Shown here one piece after another: positions 1-14,572 of a stretch of 64,000 bases of DNA (within the stretch, counting starts at the first letter, position 1; each line of letters starts with the position of its first letter). Location of the stretch: NCBI GenBank assembly GCA_030704615.1, contig CM060732.1, positions 17,298,001 through 17,362,000 on the forward strand, in the 5' to 3' direction. A program made the translations under genes and the position numbers. The notes beneath the pieces are model-generated. The model was not told the DNA's origin. It worked only from the letters and a program-made list of their open reading frames with translations, and did not search any database. Origin of the DNA: Takakia lepidozioides (taxonomy: Eukaryota > Plantae > Bryophyta).

Positions 1-483
1 ACAAAGTCGTCGTCGGAGTCACTCCCTTGGGTCCCCTCGTGCGCCTCCTCCGGTGCCCCGATAGTTTTCTGTTTTTTGGGGGTTACTGTACTCCCCTGTT
101 TCCGTGTCCTTTTCTTTTGGCCTTTATTCTTCTCATTCAATTTCTCCTGAATTCCTGCCCGAGCAAGCTCTGCCGCTTTCCTGGAGTTCGCAAGCGCTTT
201 TGCCTCCTTTGGACCCAGCGGAGGCAGCGGAGCCCGGTTTCCTCGGGCCTCAGCATCCAGCTTCAATTGAAACTCGGATGGGTCGAGCGAGCCGGGCGGA
301 AGGTCCACATACCAAGGGCAATCACGCAAATGTTCCAGATGCCACTCCTTCACAATAACGTCAGTGTACATGGAGTCAGCCCCAGGGTTCCTCCATGCCA
401 GGAAGAATGGTGGCTCGAAGGATAGATGACCTTTCTCCAAAAGGGAGAACTTGCAGTACCTGCATTCATGAAAAACACAGAGG

Positions 484-3335
484 ATGTTAACAGACATGGA
501 TCGAAAGCATGACGGACACCCCTGGTGTGTGACGAAGACCAGTAGCACGAAAATTGCTGATGGTGTTCGTGTACGATATGTCCTCTGTGCGGGGAAGCTG
601 AGGTGCCTCAATCCCACCTGCTTCCACTTTCTCTCCAAAGGAGGGCGGAGAAACGAGACGGATTGGACTGGCACAACGCATCATCCATTCATTGTCTCCA
701 GCCAAGCTCCTGCGGGTTCTTTCAAGTGTGCACATTGCAAAGAACCACCGACGTGCATGTCCATGTGCAGAGCCAAGCAATATTACGTTATCCATTTGCT
801 CCCGGACTTGACTAGAGCTTGCATACACGTTGGGGTCCACTGCCACCCCTTGGCGAGAGGCAACATGCGTGAGGCTGTGCAGGAAGCACACGACATCATA
901 AAAGAGGAGGTGAAATTGAGCCCCGGAGCCAGACCAAAGCAGATTCAGCTGAAGGCAGCCCACAAGATTGCTCTTGGCAAAATCATGTCTGAAGATGGTT
1001 CCGACCGAGAGCCTTGACCGAAGACGAGATGTGACCTCTTGGAGTCCGTCTCGCACGTTTGTAGTCCAAATGTGCGGATCACATCGTATCTTGCAAGCAA
1101 GAGTTCGGCAGGGGTCGGACATGTACTCAATCCTGGAGGTGAAACGAATGACTGGATATGACTACATCCAAGGTAGCAGGTTTCCAGGGCAAGGCAGCGA
1201 ATCCGATCGTTGTTACATTTTCAAAATGTCGATGTGTGGGCCTGGGGAGGAGTCGACTTGGTCACTCGCATGACAACTGGAAACTTGTCGAATGCTTGGG
1301 TGATGTTTGATCACATCAAGCGAATTACAAACCATCAGTGGGTGACTATGGGTGCGCTGTTTATGACTATCACTCCAAGAGGCTCATGACGATTGCAATC
1401 TGCGAGATGAAAGGGGAGGACACACAGTCCGAGATGCATCTGTGGGGAGGGCATAAACGAGCAGATGGCAAGGGCGGATTGCCAGAGCCCAATTTCAGGG
1501 GATTATGGCAGACAACGCTCAGGCCAACTGGGCAGCGGTGCGGCGTGTGTACGGTGAGGACCCAATGTTCCAATGGAGGGGAAAGAGAGATCATGTGGAT
1601 TCCATTGGATGCAGAGTCTATCCCACTACACTACCAAATTTGTTGCTAGCTCATTCCAGGCTGAACACCGTGTCCTTTGTACGCGTGGAAGGATGCACCC
1701 ACATTGATGACGCGGAGGTTAAGTTTGCTATCATCGAGGCTTGGTGGAACACGTCAGGTGCAGTGGAGACAACCAATCTGGCAGCATTGCACAGCTGGTT
1801 GGTGGTGGCATTTTCGGTATCGACAGTTCGGACAGTACATGCGGAGGTAGGCTGCTGTCAATTTCGTTCATTTGTCTTTCTGTACGGACATTTCGATTGG
1901 TCCCTCACCATTGTTGTGTCTTCTAGGAGCGGTGCTTGGATTCCGACACGGACATGCCGAACACGAATATGGCAGAATCGGTCCACTCCTCCTGGCGAGC
2001 GTCTTCTGCCGCAACATCTGGTGGACGTAGTGACGGCCACAACAGAGGACATCGACAGAGCAATCATGCAGCAAGCCACGTACTACAAGTTCCTGAGCGG
2101 CAAACAATGGGGCTTTGGGCCGGACAGGGAGGAATTGTTGGTACGAACAGCTTCGAGGTCCAAGAATCCAGTGAAATGGGCGACAGCATTGCGAGAGAAG
2201 ATCAAAGGGACGCCTGCACCGCAGAGGTGAACACCTAGAGGGGACGTCCGGACTCGCCCTGTCAGGCGGAGGATTGAAGAGGAACCCGGGCGAAGACCCG
2301 AGGAACATTCGGACAGCACCTCGAAGGTCCCGTCATTGCCGCACAATGTGTCTTCCAGCAGTGGAAGCCAAGAAATTCAGATCGCCGTCGCCTTCAACCG
2401 GGGATTTCGTGCAAAAAATTCCCACCGCTCCCTTGCCCCAGATTCCGCCCGCTGTTATGCAGTATGGCCAAGCCATTGTGGAGACGACTGTGTCTGCCTC
2501 ACAGTGGAGAAATTGCTCGCACAAAGCCGTCGTTTCGAGGAAGGTGTTCCGCAATTTGTGTGGATACACGACAACGTTGTTTAGAGATGATAAGGAGGAA
2601 TCCAGATGGGGCTGTCCCTGCTCCTACTTTTTACAGGAAGATTTGTCTATGCAAAGTTTGCAGAGGCGACAACCACCCAGTTCTGGTTCTGCAGGCACGA
2701 CATTATGACTTGTGTATATGGAAGCCCAAGTACGGCATACAAACAATGCCAGAGCTCCCCCTGGTGTGGCCGGTGGAACCAGGCTGCGATCTGAGTCAGG
2801 TTGAGGCCGACGCCCTTACCGCCGCAGGATTTCGGATGGTGCAGCGCACTGACGTCCCCAGAGAACCATTTCCGCTTCGACAGCCTCCACCACCAACCCT
2901 GTGAGAGCAAGAACAATGGGACACGACAGCTCTAAGCATCCTACACACCGTTGGGGGAAACCGAAGAGGCGGCGACCTCCCTCAAAAGTGAACGAGACAA
3001 GGATGGGGAATGCACTTCGGATGAACTGTACAATCCAGAGCTCGACAGAAGTGCCCCCACCAGGATTTGGGCGTGTGTATCAGATGGCCACGGCGGGCTC
3101 AGCTGTTCGCAATGAGGTGTACACCATCACCATTTCAGAATTACCCACCTGCAATTGCACCGACTTCCAGATCATGGCGAACAAGGGGGCATCATACTGC
3201 CCTTGCAAGCATTTGTACTACGTGTACCTAAAGAGACTCCGTTGTAATTCCACAACTCATCACTTCATACATGCACCAGGGTTGAGCCCCCAGGAGGTTC
3301 ACACTCTTCTGAATATGGATCCAGGGGACCAGTGA
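484..3335 (+). pseudogene. Mutator-like (MULE) transposase, 5'-truncated and frameshifted: GCM-like Zn domain, DDE core, SWIM finger
   Basis: ORFs 484-1017 (HDGHPW..C..C....C..CAHC..C..C..HVGVHCHP, GCM/WRKY-like), 1289-1650 (WVMFDHIKR, MADNAQANW, C-x-F-H), 1936-2238 (NTNMAESVHSSW, catalytic E), 2901-3335 (PTCNCTDF..CPCKHLYY, SWIM). Intron about 1848-1927 shared with the copy at 51821-55369. Confidence 0.8.
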
Positions 3336-4866
3336 GCTTGGCTTGCGGTCCCAATACAATGGTACGCCCATCCTTTTCGGATAGTAGAACTGTACTGCTG
3401 CCAGTACCTCTGACTCTGGCCACAGAAAGGTCCGACATATGTCTTGCCTACCAGTAACCTGTTTTGCTCGAACTAAGATATTACTATATCGTTCACTTAC
3501 TTCCACGTGAGCTATGTCACGATCAATTAATCCCAATAAGCATTCAGTAAGTTATCACCAATAAAATAACACAATTAATTATTCAATTCTCCTTCTCCAT
3601 AGTCAATTTCTTCTCCAATAATCTCCATATCACTGCTTCGAATTAATATGAAACATCTCTTCATTTACTTTGTAGAATCATTCAACCAAATCCACATAAT
3701 AAAATTCAATCCAACTCTTATAAAAATAATTGCTTTACTTTTCTGTCCTTCACACATCATTGAATAATATAGAGCCTTGTCCGCCAGGTCTCTAGAATCA
3801 CTTTCATCTCTAGAATTACTAAATCGCTATTGCTAAGAATTGGAAACGACAGACTAGCCTCGTAGTGCTAGGGCCTGGGCACTCTTGCTCAAATGATCCC
3901 TTCTCTCTCACATTCACCCTTTTTATATCACTACTCTGGATTCACCGTATTCTCCCAATTCTAACTACCCAATTCTCCAACAACCCAATTCTAACTACCC
4001 AATTATTCATCCCATTTATCATCCAATTAATCATCCAATTCTAAGTTCTGACTTACAATTTATCATCCAATTTTATTTTGTCCATCCCTAATTTTTCATC
4101 CAATTCTACATCCAATTCTACCAAATTTACATCCAATTGGATGATTTTGTAATTTTACTCAATAAAAGCCCAAATAATTCTATATTCAGATTTCAATGTC
4201 TTCTACTTAGCTTTCTAAACATCGTTCTAACCAAATAGAAAAATAACTATTATTCTACATTGATCATAATAGATTAAATACAGAAGTTAGGGCCAGGGTT
4301 TGAACCTTTGCTCACTCCCTTGTTGCTGGAATTTCATCCATCCGTCCATGCCTGGTTCTGTCTGTCACTTCATGCTTCATTCATCCGGGTGAACTTTGGA
4401 TGTTGTTGGTAGTTCATCCACTTCCCAAAATTTCCTTTTGATGAATGTTTCGTTACCCTAAATTACACTACAATATCTTGCAAGAAACCATCCGTATAGA
4501 CGCGCAAGAACACACTTCAACGGGCTGGTGGAAAGAAGAATGGCACCACAACGCGTTACACCGGAGGAGACGTTGCAATTTGCTGAAGAGTACAACCACT
4601 TCATTGCGGAGGGAGGAACATCGAGAGGGGCTGGAGATCCAGCCAAGCAGCTTGGGGTGAAGTGACACAACATTCTTTGGGATTTGCCTTACTGGAAGGT
4701 ACAAGAAACTCCCCCCTCCTTGCATTCTGCCATGTTTGGGGGTACTTTGCAATTACCTGTACTGTCTCAAGTCGTATTTGCAAACTGCGTAGTCTGCGAT
4801 ATCACTCCTTACACCTTCCTTGCAGTGCTATAACTGACTCGTCAATAGATGTTGGACTAGTAAAGA

Positions 4867-4938
4867 GAGAGAGAGAGATGACTCCGGCCAGGGCCAGGGC
4901 CGGCGTAACTAAGAGCCACTTCGCCTTACGGCTACGTC
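4867..4938. repeat. Short dispersed repeat, second copy at about 8810-8866
   Basis: gactccggcc..cgtaactaagagccacttcgcctt(a/g)cggctac occurs at both places, each after a (GA)n run. Confidence 0.6.
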
Positions 4939-5039
4939 TAGTAAAGACTAAGACTACCAGTAATAGAAACAACTTGACAGGGTTTTCCATATTTGCCACC
5001 TAGTATTTTGGCTGAGTTGTGGGGGGTTGTCGTGCACAA

Positions 5040-5910
5040 CAGGACCTTCTGCAGTGATATACACTTGATCCCATGCATTGCGAGAATAACTTCTGCGAGA
5101 ACATACTGAAAACCATTTTTGGAGAGAAAGATACCATGAAAGTACGGCAAGACATAGAGATTCAAAGGATAAGACCCCATTTGTGGTTGAAGCCCGATCC
5201 CCGCAAGCCCTCTAAAGTCCTGAAGCCTACAGCCACGTATGTCCTTACTCCAATAGAGCAATATAGGTTTATTCGGACATTGGGAGCCATAAAAGTACCC
5301 ACCGGTTTTGCCGGTGCTTTCCAAAAGCATGAATCCACAAAGAAGTGGGATGGAATGAAGTCCCATGACTTGCATGTTCTGATGCAGCAGATTTTACCTA
5401 TGTGCATTCGCGACAACATGACAGAGGGTCCTCGCACTGCCATCATGCGGGTTTGCCCAACGTTCCGGCGCATTGGTATGAAGGTATGGGATCCAAAGGA
5501 GATAACCTCGTTGTGTGAGGATGTGGCCGTGACACTTTGTTTGATGGAGAAGGAATTTCCTCTGTCATTCTTTGATGTCATGAAACATCTCCTAGTGCAT
5601 CTTGTGGAGGAAGTAGATATGTGTAGCCCCGTCGCTACACGGTGGATATATCCAATGGAAAGGGATATGAAAGACTTGAAGGGCTATGTACGGAATATGG
5701 CAAGGCTGGAGGGCAGTATGGCAAAGGGTAATTCATGACAGAATACATGTCACGAAACGCCGGGTGTGGGACAAGAATGAGGAAGAAGGAGTGGAGGGTG
5801 AGGTTCTAGAAGGTTGTGGCACAAAGAGGGTGATGCCCCTTCTCCTTCGTGATGCGGCACATGTTTATGTGCTAAGCAACACAACAACCATGATACCATG
5901 GAGAGAATAA
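5040..5910 (+). pseudogene. CACTA/EnSpm transposase (TnpD-like, DUF4218 region) fragment
   Basis: ORF 5073-5738: DPMHCENN, GMKSHDLHVLMQQILP, FFDVMKHLLVHLVEE, RWIYPMER..LKGYVRN..EGS, all typical EnSpm transposase motifs. Confidence 0.85.
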
Positions 5911-6209
5911 GTGACCGTGTGGGTCCAGCTAGCAGCTGCCAACTGAGTTTTATGGCATTTGGAATTACCTATACTGTCACAAGTCGTTGTGTTTACTAAG
6001 TGGAGTCGTATCATCAACTACATGTCAACTCCAAACGACTAGATGAAGTGTCGTAGTTGTTGACAACACTAAAAAGTGGTTCTTGTCTTACTGTGTTATC
6101 GACTCCAAGGATGTGCTTGTGGTGTGTTGACGGGCTTGCCTTGTTTGGCTGTTCGGACAATTCAAACTGATGATTTGGCTGATTGCTATTATATGAATGC
6201 AGGATTTAT

Positions 6210-6600
6210 CTTTAAGTTTGATGACTTTGAGAAGTACATGAACATTTCCGGTGAATGGTCTATGCTCGTTGAGGAAGCCTTACATTTTAGTGCAGGTTGA
6301 TATGTACAGCAAGATGAAGAAGAGCACATACATAGAACGCCATTGACATTTATATTTGACGACTTTGAGAAGTACATGAAAGTTTTCCAGGGTTGGTCTG
6401 TGGTTGATGATGAAGCCTTATACTGCGCATGTAGGCATATACACCACGATTAACAAGAATCCATACACAGAGCGCCACCATCATTTACATTTCATGACTT
6501 TGAAAAGTACATGAAATTTTTCCGCTGAGTGGTCTGTTGTCCATGAGAAAGCCTTACACTGCGCAGGTGGATACACCAATTTGAAGAAGAGTACATACAC
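6210..6600. repeat. Degenerate tandem repeat
   Basis: gactttga(g/a)aagtacatgaa recurs at about 6222, 6361 and 6496. Confidence 0.55.
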
Positions 6601-6964
6601 AAAGAGAGACCTTCTCTTGGCTTTTGGAGTTTGGAAAAACTCTATCACGTGCCTGCGGTCCCAATTTTATGACCGCTTTGCAATCATTCATGGTAATATG
6701 TCGTATACCCGTTTGAAAGAGCACTACCTGCTCGTTGGACAATATGCCGTTGTTTTGACCTGTTTCGAGATACGCTACATGACGTAGTACATTTGGAACC
6801 ACAACGTTGTCGTAGCGGTCGGCTGCAAGAGGGGGACCGCTTTGCATTCATTCACTAGTTCAAATTATAACCCTCTAATGTGATATACCCCTGAAATCTG
6901 AGGTTCATCGATTTAGAGATGGCTGCCATGTGAAGCTGCCTTTGTAGAAAGCAATGACTTAATA

Positions 6965-7330
6965 AAATTGAGGAGAATCTGAACATTGAGGAGCCTGGAA
7001 TGAAGCATTGGATTACGTATGCGTGGCGATTCTGAACATTGAGGAGCCACGATGAAATTAGGCACGATGAAATTAAGCAAAGAAAGTGCAAGTTCAGGAG
7101 ATTCTGAACATTGAGGAGCGGCTCTGAAAGCAGAGAAAATGGAAGTTGAAACAATTCTGAACACGTTGCAGCCATGAATGAAGCAGAAGAAGTCGAAGTT
7201 GAGGAGATTCTGAACATTGTGGAGCCCTGCTGAAAGCACATGAACTCGAAGATGAGCATGATTTTGAACATTGAGGCGCTGCAGCCCAAGCTTGTAAACT
7301 CGAAGTTGAGGCGAATTTGGAAATTGAATC
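6965..7330. repeat. Degenerate tandem repeat
   Basis: gaggagattctgaacattg-like motif recurs about 6 times at roughly 55-70 bp spacing. Confidence 0.6.
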
Positions 7331-9283
7331 GCGACAATGAGTACCCTGCTCGTTTTGATATTTGATCGTCGAGCTCTCCGCCATCGCGAGACTAGTGGCT
7401 CATAGTGGTGGTTATATGAAACTCACTTCCTCGTCCCCTCTTTAACACGATTAGGGGATAAGAGAGCGTCTTTTACTCTCTATAGTATTTTGACGCGTGT
7501 CATTGTAACTATGAAATACTGCACTATGGGTTGCAAATAATAAAAATGTCCCTGGGGGGGGGGGGGGGGGGGGGGGCGGGGGGTCCAACCCGCAGTCGTT
7601 AAAACAACTGCAAATTTTTTGTAATATACGAAATATATTTTCCATATTTCTTCAAAATCGGCCTAAATCGGCATGAAACCCGTAGTGGTTTCCGCGACTT
7701 CTATACTTTATCCGCCATGCTAGCGTGGCAAAAATTTGACTGCGACAACTGGCAAGTCGTCAGGATTACTTCTGAATTGTAGATACAGTCGTTTCGGACA
7801 GCATCGCGACCGCGGTCGGGTTGGAAAAGCGGCGATTCCTACTGGTGAGAAGGGGTTGTTGCACATGGGGAGAGTTTGATGGGAGGAATGGGTAAGGGTG
7901 GGAGGGTTGCAAAGATGAAAGCAGGGCCGATTGTGAATATAACTGATTCTGCAGTTGCTGGAGAAGGGGTGGTTGCACATGGGGAGAGTGTGTTGGGAGG
8001 AAAGGGTAAGGGTGGCAGGGAGGGGGGGGGTGCAAAGAGGAACGCAAGTGGGCATATCCAGCAGCTGTCGTCTAATGATGGTGATGAAGATGTGGCCACT
8101 CCAGAGGACAACCAGAATATGGAAAGCAAACACTCGTCACCTGGGAAATCAGCACATTCGGATCAAGAGGTAATATCACATGTTATCCATCAATTGATTG
8201 TCTCCATGCATTCCTCAAGGATTGTCTGACTCATGTGTCTCTTGGGCAGAGGTTCGACACAAAATCTAAAGAACTCTATGGGGCATAGCCAACAGCCAAT
8301 CACCCTTCAACCCGCGGACATTCCGCTGCTATTACTGGGTAGATGCAGGGTAAGGTGGACCAAAATTAGCGTCACCGGCACAGTTTTCAATGACTGTCGT
8401 GCATGATATCATGTATTGCTTTGAATACAATCAATAATGCTGAGAGACATTTTCCATGCTGGATTCCTAACTTCAGTATCTACCTATATCAACCGTCAAA
8501 TTGTCAATCAAACAAAATGTCCAAGAAGTATGGACTTTTGAACACGACAACTATGGACTGTCACCGCTGCAAATGGAAATACATGGACTCGAAATAAGCC
8601 ATTTGGCCTTTGGTGTATTGCTTTGAACTTTTGAGGTAAGGGGGTCAATTTAGAGAACACTATAGATTTCAATTTAAATTTACAATATCAGCTGTCATTT
8701 ACTGCCTATGGACTAATATGAGTGTTATATATAGGTGGATTTGTTCTAGTTTAGTACATCTTGTGTTTTGGGCTTTTGAGGTGTCTTATTTTACTGCAAA
8801 TGATACAGAGAGAGAAGACTCCGGCCGAGGCCGACGTAACTAAGAGCCACTTCGCCTTGCGGCTACTGCCCCCTTTCGAGGATGGGCCCTATATGCAAAT
8901 GATACAATGGCTTGGTTATGTATAGACAAATCGATGCAAATTATAATTTTTGATATAACAAATTTTAGTCAAATTAAAGATTAAAAATTATAGTAAAAAT
9001 TATCTAAGACCCTTTACTAAAAATGTTTATATACCATTGTCTATCATCATTTGAAATTATTTGGGGAAATATCGTCAATTTAAATTTGGTCATGGACTTC
9101 CATGGAAGGCAACATCTGCCGTTTTTGGCCCACCTGTAGGAGTTATAAGGGACTCTCTCAAACTGCTTTGGAGAATGAGGAATGAGGAATGTAAACTATC
9201 ATTCAAAAATATTAAGTTAAAAAAAATTATGTACTATTTTGAGCCTAAAAAATAGCTATTTTCGTAAAGTCCTTTATGACTTC

Positions 9284-9314
<31 letters not shown>

Positions 9315-9506
9315 GGAGCGACTGCTCACAATTCAGGCCCTTGAGGAGGGGGGAAAATTAACCCCTTTTCAGATAAGCCATTAGGCACACAGATGGGAAA
9401 CGTCACCACCAGACCAACCGGTCACACACACCAGGCAGGGCAACGGGTTTGAACCCCGAACCACCAGGGCGACACACTGTGCACTTACCAGCTGAGCTAC
9501 CAGCTG
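9284..9506 (-). mobile_element. tRNA-derived SINE with poly(T) tail
   Basis: Minus strand starts cagctggtagctcagctggtaag (A box) ... ggttcaaaccc (B box), then about 130 bp of body and a 27-nt T tail (A run 9284-9310 on the + strand). Confidence 0.65.
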
Positions 9507-10239
9507 ATGTGCGACTAAATTCTTTTGAAATATATACTAGGGCTTCGCGTTGCTCCGTACTTAGCGACGAATTCTAAGAACTATGTTCAATTTTTCACAA
9601 AAAAAGGGCTGGGTCATCCCCTCGGTGGTACATGCCTGAACAAACTTGTGCACAGGGCTGCCCCTCTCATCAAGCTCATTAAAATTCGTATTCACTTCCA
9701 TCTTGAAGCTTTGGAGAAGCTCCACCACCCAAACCCAGAATTAGGAAAGCACTCTGATTTCCATCCACTATCACCAGAATCAGTCAAAAATCACCCCTTC
9801 AGTCAAGTGCAATTATGGGTTGACTTCCCACCTGTGCCGGGTAGACCCCACTATCATTTCCTGTGGATTTATGGCACAGGAAATGCACTCAACAGTACAT
9901 CATGGAGGAAATGGTGGATGGTGTGAGTAGCTAAGTCACAGATCAATGAATGAAGCAAGACACTCGCATGTTGGCAAGAAGACATCCTTTCACCAGTAAT
10001 CACCACAAGAACAAATCCCATCTTCAAAGTGGTGAAAGCGGTTAGCGTCCCGTACAACAATTGCTCGGCCAACAATCTTTGAGATGAATTTGGTGGAGGT
10101 GTGGCAGTCATCACACACTCGAAGATTCTTGATGAGACGGAGAGGCGTCCTAGGGGTAATGCTGATCAGCCCAAAACCAATGGCCAGCTTCTCACTGTGG
10201 TGGCAAAGAGAAAATTCTTTTTCCTCCTCCCCACATCAT

Positions 10240-13200
10240 GCAATACAAAGCGCCTGTCAGGCACATACCCCGCCTCCTCATCTTCCCAGACAATCTTCTC
10301 AGCTCAACATGGATTCCTTAATTCTGGAATGCAACTTGTCATCTACAACGAAGGTGTGCACCCTGTTGCTCGGCATATCCTGTGATCATCGCATTCCACA
10401 TCTGGCATACATATCCACGAGGGTATTGTTCAGAACCACATCTGGTACAATTCCAGCTTTGGCGATGCAACCATGCCCTTTTCCAGGGCTGCCTGGCTTG
10501 CATATGCATTGCAAACGCACACAAACGTGATGTGGTCGGGCTTCACCACTTCCCCCATCATTTGCTCATAGGTCTCCAAAGCCTCCATCTTGTCTTGCTG
10601 CGATCTCTCGAATATCTCGAAAGCCTCCTTGCCACATCCATGTTGAGCACACCCTGCGATCATGGTGTTCCATGATACTATCTCTCGTTTAGCCAATTGT
10701 CAAAAGCTTGACGCGCATCCCTTATGCTCCAACATTTTGCATATGTGTCCACAAGAGTAGTCTCCTTATATAGCATGCAATTCCAGATTTAATGATGTCA
10801 TCATGGACCTCTTTGCCCTTCTCCAAGGCTCCCAGGCTGGCCATGCATTGAGAACACAAATGAATGTGACGCTGTTGGGCGTTAGCCCTTTATTTTGCAT
10901 TTGTTCATACATCTCAACAACCTCCCTGCCATAGTCATGCGGAGCATATGCTGCAATCATGGTCCTCCATGAAACCACATCATGTTGTGTCATATTGTCA
11001 CCTGCCAGATGCGGCGTAGATGTTGGATAGCAGCACATAAGCTGCATGGTGGTTGGGATCGCACTTGAGAAAAGATTTTGCTGCATGTTCTGCTACCTCC
11101 ACATCCCCATGAATTCTGGCAGCAGCAAGCAAGGTCCCCCAAACCAGAGCATCTGGTTCAATTGGCATTTTGTTGATGAACTCTTCTACCTCATCTCATC
11201 GGCCTACACGGCCAAGAAGGTCCACAATGCAGCAAAAATGCTCCACTATAGGAGTGAGGCCGTGATCTCTACTCATGGAACCAAACAAGTGGTGGCCTTC
11301 ATCCACCAGGCCTACATGCCTTCAAGTAGAGAGAAGAGAAATGAAGGTCATACCATCTGGCTTCAAGCCTTCCTGCTGCATCTGTTCAAATAGTTGGAAG
11401 GCCTCTGTACTACACCCATGTTGAGCATATCCTGCAATTATGGCATTCCATGCTTGCTGAACCATATTTTCAAACACTTGACGTGCATCGTGAACACTCC
11501 CACATTTGGCATACATGTTAACAAGGGCATTGTCCAAGTTAAGATATGACACAACCCCAGCTTTGTTAATATCAGCATGGACCCGCGTGCCCTTTTCCAG
11601 GGCCCCTAGACTGGCACATGCATTGACAACAGAAACGAACGTGACCCTGTTCGGTGTCATCGCGTCTAGTTCCATTTGCTTGTATCTTGAAAGCCTCTTC
11701 AGCATAGCCATGCTCAACATATCCTGTAATCATGGCATTCCATGAGACCACATCTCGTTCAGGCATTTTGTTTAAAACCTGACGTGCATCTTTTCCGCTC
11801 CCACATTTGGCGTCAAGAAGGCTGTTCTCCACTTTAATATCCTGCAATCATTGCACTCCATGAGGGCTTCACCACTTCCCCCATCATTTGTTCATAGGTC
11901 TCCAAAGCCTCTATCCCGTGCCCCTGCTCTGCATACCCTGCAAGCATAGCGTTCCACGACACCACATTTCTTTCAACCACAGTGTTGAAAACTCCCTTCA
12001 CATCCTCTCCACCCCATTTGGCATATGTCCATCAAGGCAGTGTTCAGGATGAATCTGGTGCAATTCCAGCTTTGACGATGTCACCGACGGACCTCTTTCC
12101 CCATTTTCCAGGGCTCCAGGTTTGCACACGCAGTGCAACCTTGGTACAATTCCAGCTTTGATGATGTCCATGGACCTCTTTCCCCTTTTCCAGAGCTCCC
12201 CGGCTTGAACACGCATTGCAAACACAAATGAACGTGATGTGGTTGGGCTTCACCCCTTGATGCATCATTTGCTCAAGGTCTCCAAAGCATTCCTACCATA
12301 CCCCTGCTTGGTAAATCCTGCCAACATTATATCCCACATGATCAAACATCGTTGAGGCATTCTGTTGAACACTTGGTGAGCATCACCACATATCATTCCG
12401 CCATATTGTCTAACACTCCCTTTGCATGCTCGACGCGCTCCACATTTGGCATACATGTCCACCAGGGTATTGTTCAGGATCACATCTGGTACGATTCCAG
12501 CTCTGACGATGTCGCCATGCACCTCTTTGCCCAGAAATGCCAGAAGAGGCATTGTGGACTCCCTCTCTTGATCCTCTTCCAGAGGTTGTGGTCATGGTTG
12601 AAGTGCCTGATTTTATCAACTGTGCCGCTGCAGCTATTGCCTTTAGTTGACCATCTACCCATGCAGGTTTCTTGTAGCTATTGATCCACAGGGAATCATA
12701 GGTAATCTTGTGCTTGAAATCTGGCCCTCTTGGATGCACACTCTACCCCTGCTCCTTCAGCTATCCATGCCTCTGCACAAATCATGCATTCATCCTTGCC
12801 TTTCTGCTAACAGCTGACAATAACAGCCTAGATTTGTTCTAGGAAACACCCAACTCAGCTTATCACACTAGTTCCTATGCTCATTGCGTCTGCTACTCAC
12901 TGTAATCCAACAGGCATCCACCTTTTTGCCTCGATTGTCCCACCATTGACTAGGGTCAGAAAAGTATTCTTTCCACAGCTTCTCCTCGTCTCTCTTACCT
13001 GTTTCTGGATACTTTGGCAGTATCATGTCAAAGTCACTCCAACTATCAAAGGTTCACTCAAGCAGCTAATTTGCAGAATTCAACATGAAAATTTAGGCCG
13101 GTTTGATAAAGAGGGAACCCACACTCGCCATCCCTGCTCCTTCAGCTATCCATGCCTCTGCACAAATCATGCATACATCCTTGCCTTGCTGCTAGCAACA

Positions 13201-13492
13201 TACAATGACAGCCTAGAATTCTTCCAGCAAAACACCCCGCACTTAACATACATGTTGACGAGGGTGCTGAGGAGAAAACATTTGGTATGAATCCACTTTG
13301 GATAATGTGAGTGTGCACCTGCTTTCCAGCTTCCAGGCCTTTCACCTTGATGCACTTATGCAAAAGACAGACATACGTTTCTGAATCTGCTGAAATGCCT
13401 CCTTGGTTTAAAGTCTGTAGAGCCTCTTTCAGTCTGCCTGCCTCACAAAGCATCTTCACAAATGAATGTAATGCTGTTGGTGTTTCATACAT
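10240..13492 (-). pseudogene. PLS/E-class pentatricopeptide repeat (PPR) gene remnants, fragmented and rearranged
   Basis: Repeated NALVNMYAKCGS..DARQVF..M..RDVVSWNAMI.GY motifs, PNxxTFVCVLNAC, E/E+ remnants near 10250-10390 and 11010-11150; many frameshifts. Confidence 0.85.
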
Positions 13493-13819
13493 CTAGCAAA
13501 CTGCCCTACCACAACCATGCTGATCATATCTTGCAATTATCAGACACATCTCACGGCCGAGTCTGATGAGAGGGAAAAACAGGCTGAAATAGGTCGAAGA
13601 AGAAGGTGCCCTCACCACATTGTCCTTGACCTTGAGTCATGACCCATGGAGGATTTGACGGACCATCAACCCAAAATGACCTCTTGTGTGTGCTGCTTTT
13701 GTCTGTAGTCAGGTAATGTCGGATTGGTCTGTGAGAACCACCACGGTGCAGCTGAGCAGGCAGAGATTGAAACACGGCATGCTAAGACCAAGCTGAATCT
13801 CCCAAGAACCTTGTAAACA

Positions 13820-14412
13820 TCAGGAAGAATACCATCTGTGATTGAATTTGCTTCCCCCTCTTTAGTGTCACCATCAGGCTTTCTCTTTCTGACCCCACCT
13901 TTCCATTTTGTTTCAGATTTCTTAGACTCATTATCTTTCCTGAAGCCTGCAAACACCCATAACTGCTCAAGAACTTTGTTCTTTAAAGACAGTCTAGATA
14001 AGTCATGCAAAAGGAAGACATAGAATGTACTCATGAGATGATGTTGTCATAGACCCTACGCCCAGTTTGGGTAGAACAAGAGGGAACAGACGCTACCTTT
14101 GTCAGGGGCTCACTCCAGTAGTGGGACTTACCTTGGTATAAACAACTTTCTAGGTTCTCCTAGAAATCCCTTCACACGAGCATCAATCTGCTGTGTGTGA
14201 GCTGCCCAACAATTAGACCCCAACAAGGGCCAGGGAAGACACACAAAGTGTGAGAAAGACTAGTGCCTTTGTTGACTTTTTTGGCTTTTTCAAACTTCTG
14301 AGGTGTTCCCTGAAGAGCTTTTCTACTAGAGTTTGATCTGGCACCTTGCCCCATAAGGAAAGACAGAACAAAAAACTCAAATAATCCACTTAAGTCATCA
14401 CTACAAATCATC

Positions 14413-14443
<31 letters not shown>

Positions 14444-14572
14444 CCATACACACCTACAAGTGCAGCTCTCAAGGGCTCACAAAACTCGGTGAGGTCCAGC
14501 TCCTCAAGAGCTTTGAGCACATCCTCAGAATTGATGGTTTGTCGCTTTGATTCACGACATATTTCATTTGCT
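13820..14572 (-). pseudogene. Histone-fold NF-YB11/DPB4 (DNA polymerase epsilon subunit 3-like) 3' exons; 5' exon not seen
   Basis: Exon 14572-14454 ANEICRESKRQTINSEDVLKALEELDLTEFCEPLRAAL with AG/GT borders; next exon from about 13947 GFRKDNESKKSE. Confidence 0.7.

Noticed and set aside
3480-4450. LTR
   Set aside because: AT-rich with catccaatt microrepeats, but no partner copy, PBS/PPT or clear TG...CA borders.
9441-9506. Functional tRNA gene
   Set aside because: A and B boxes are present but I cannot fold a convincing acceptor stem or anticodon arm; SINE context fits better.
10084-10260. DYW deaminase domain after the PPR E+ remnant
   Set aside because: An HSEK-like region seems hinted at but is too degraded; no intact HxE/CxxC or terminal DYW is readable.
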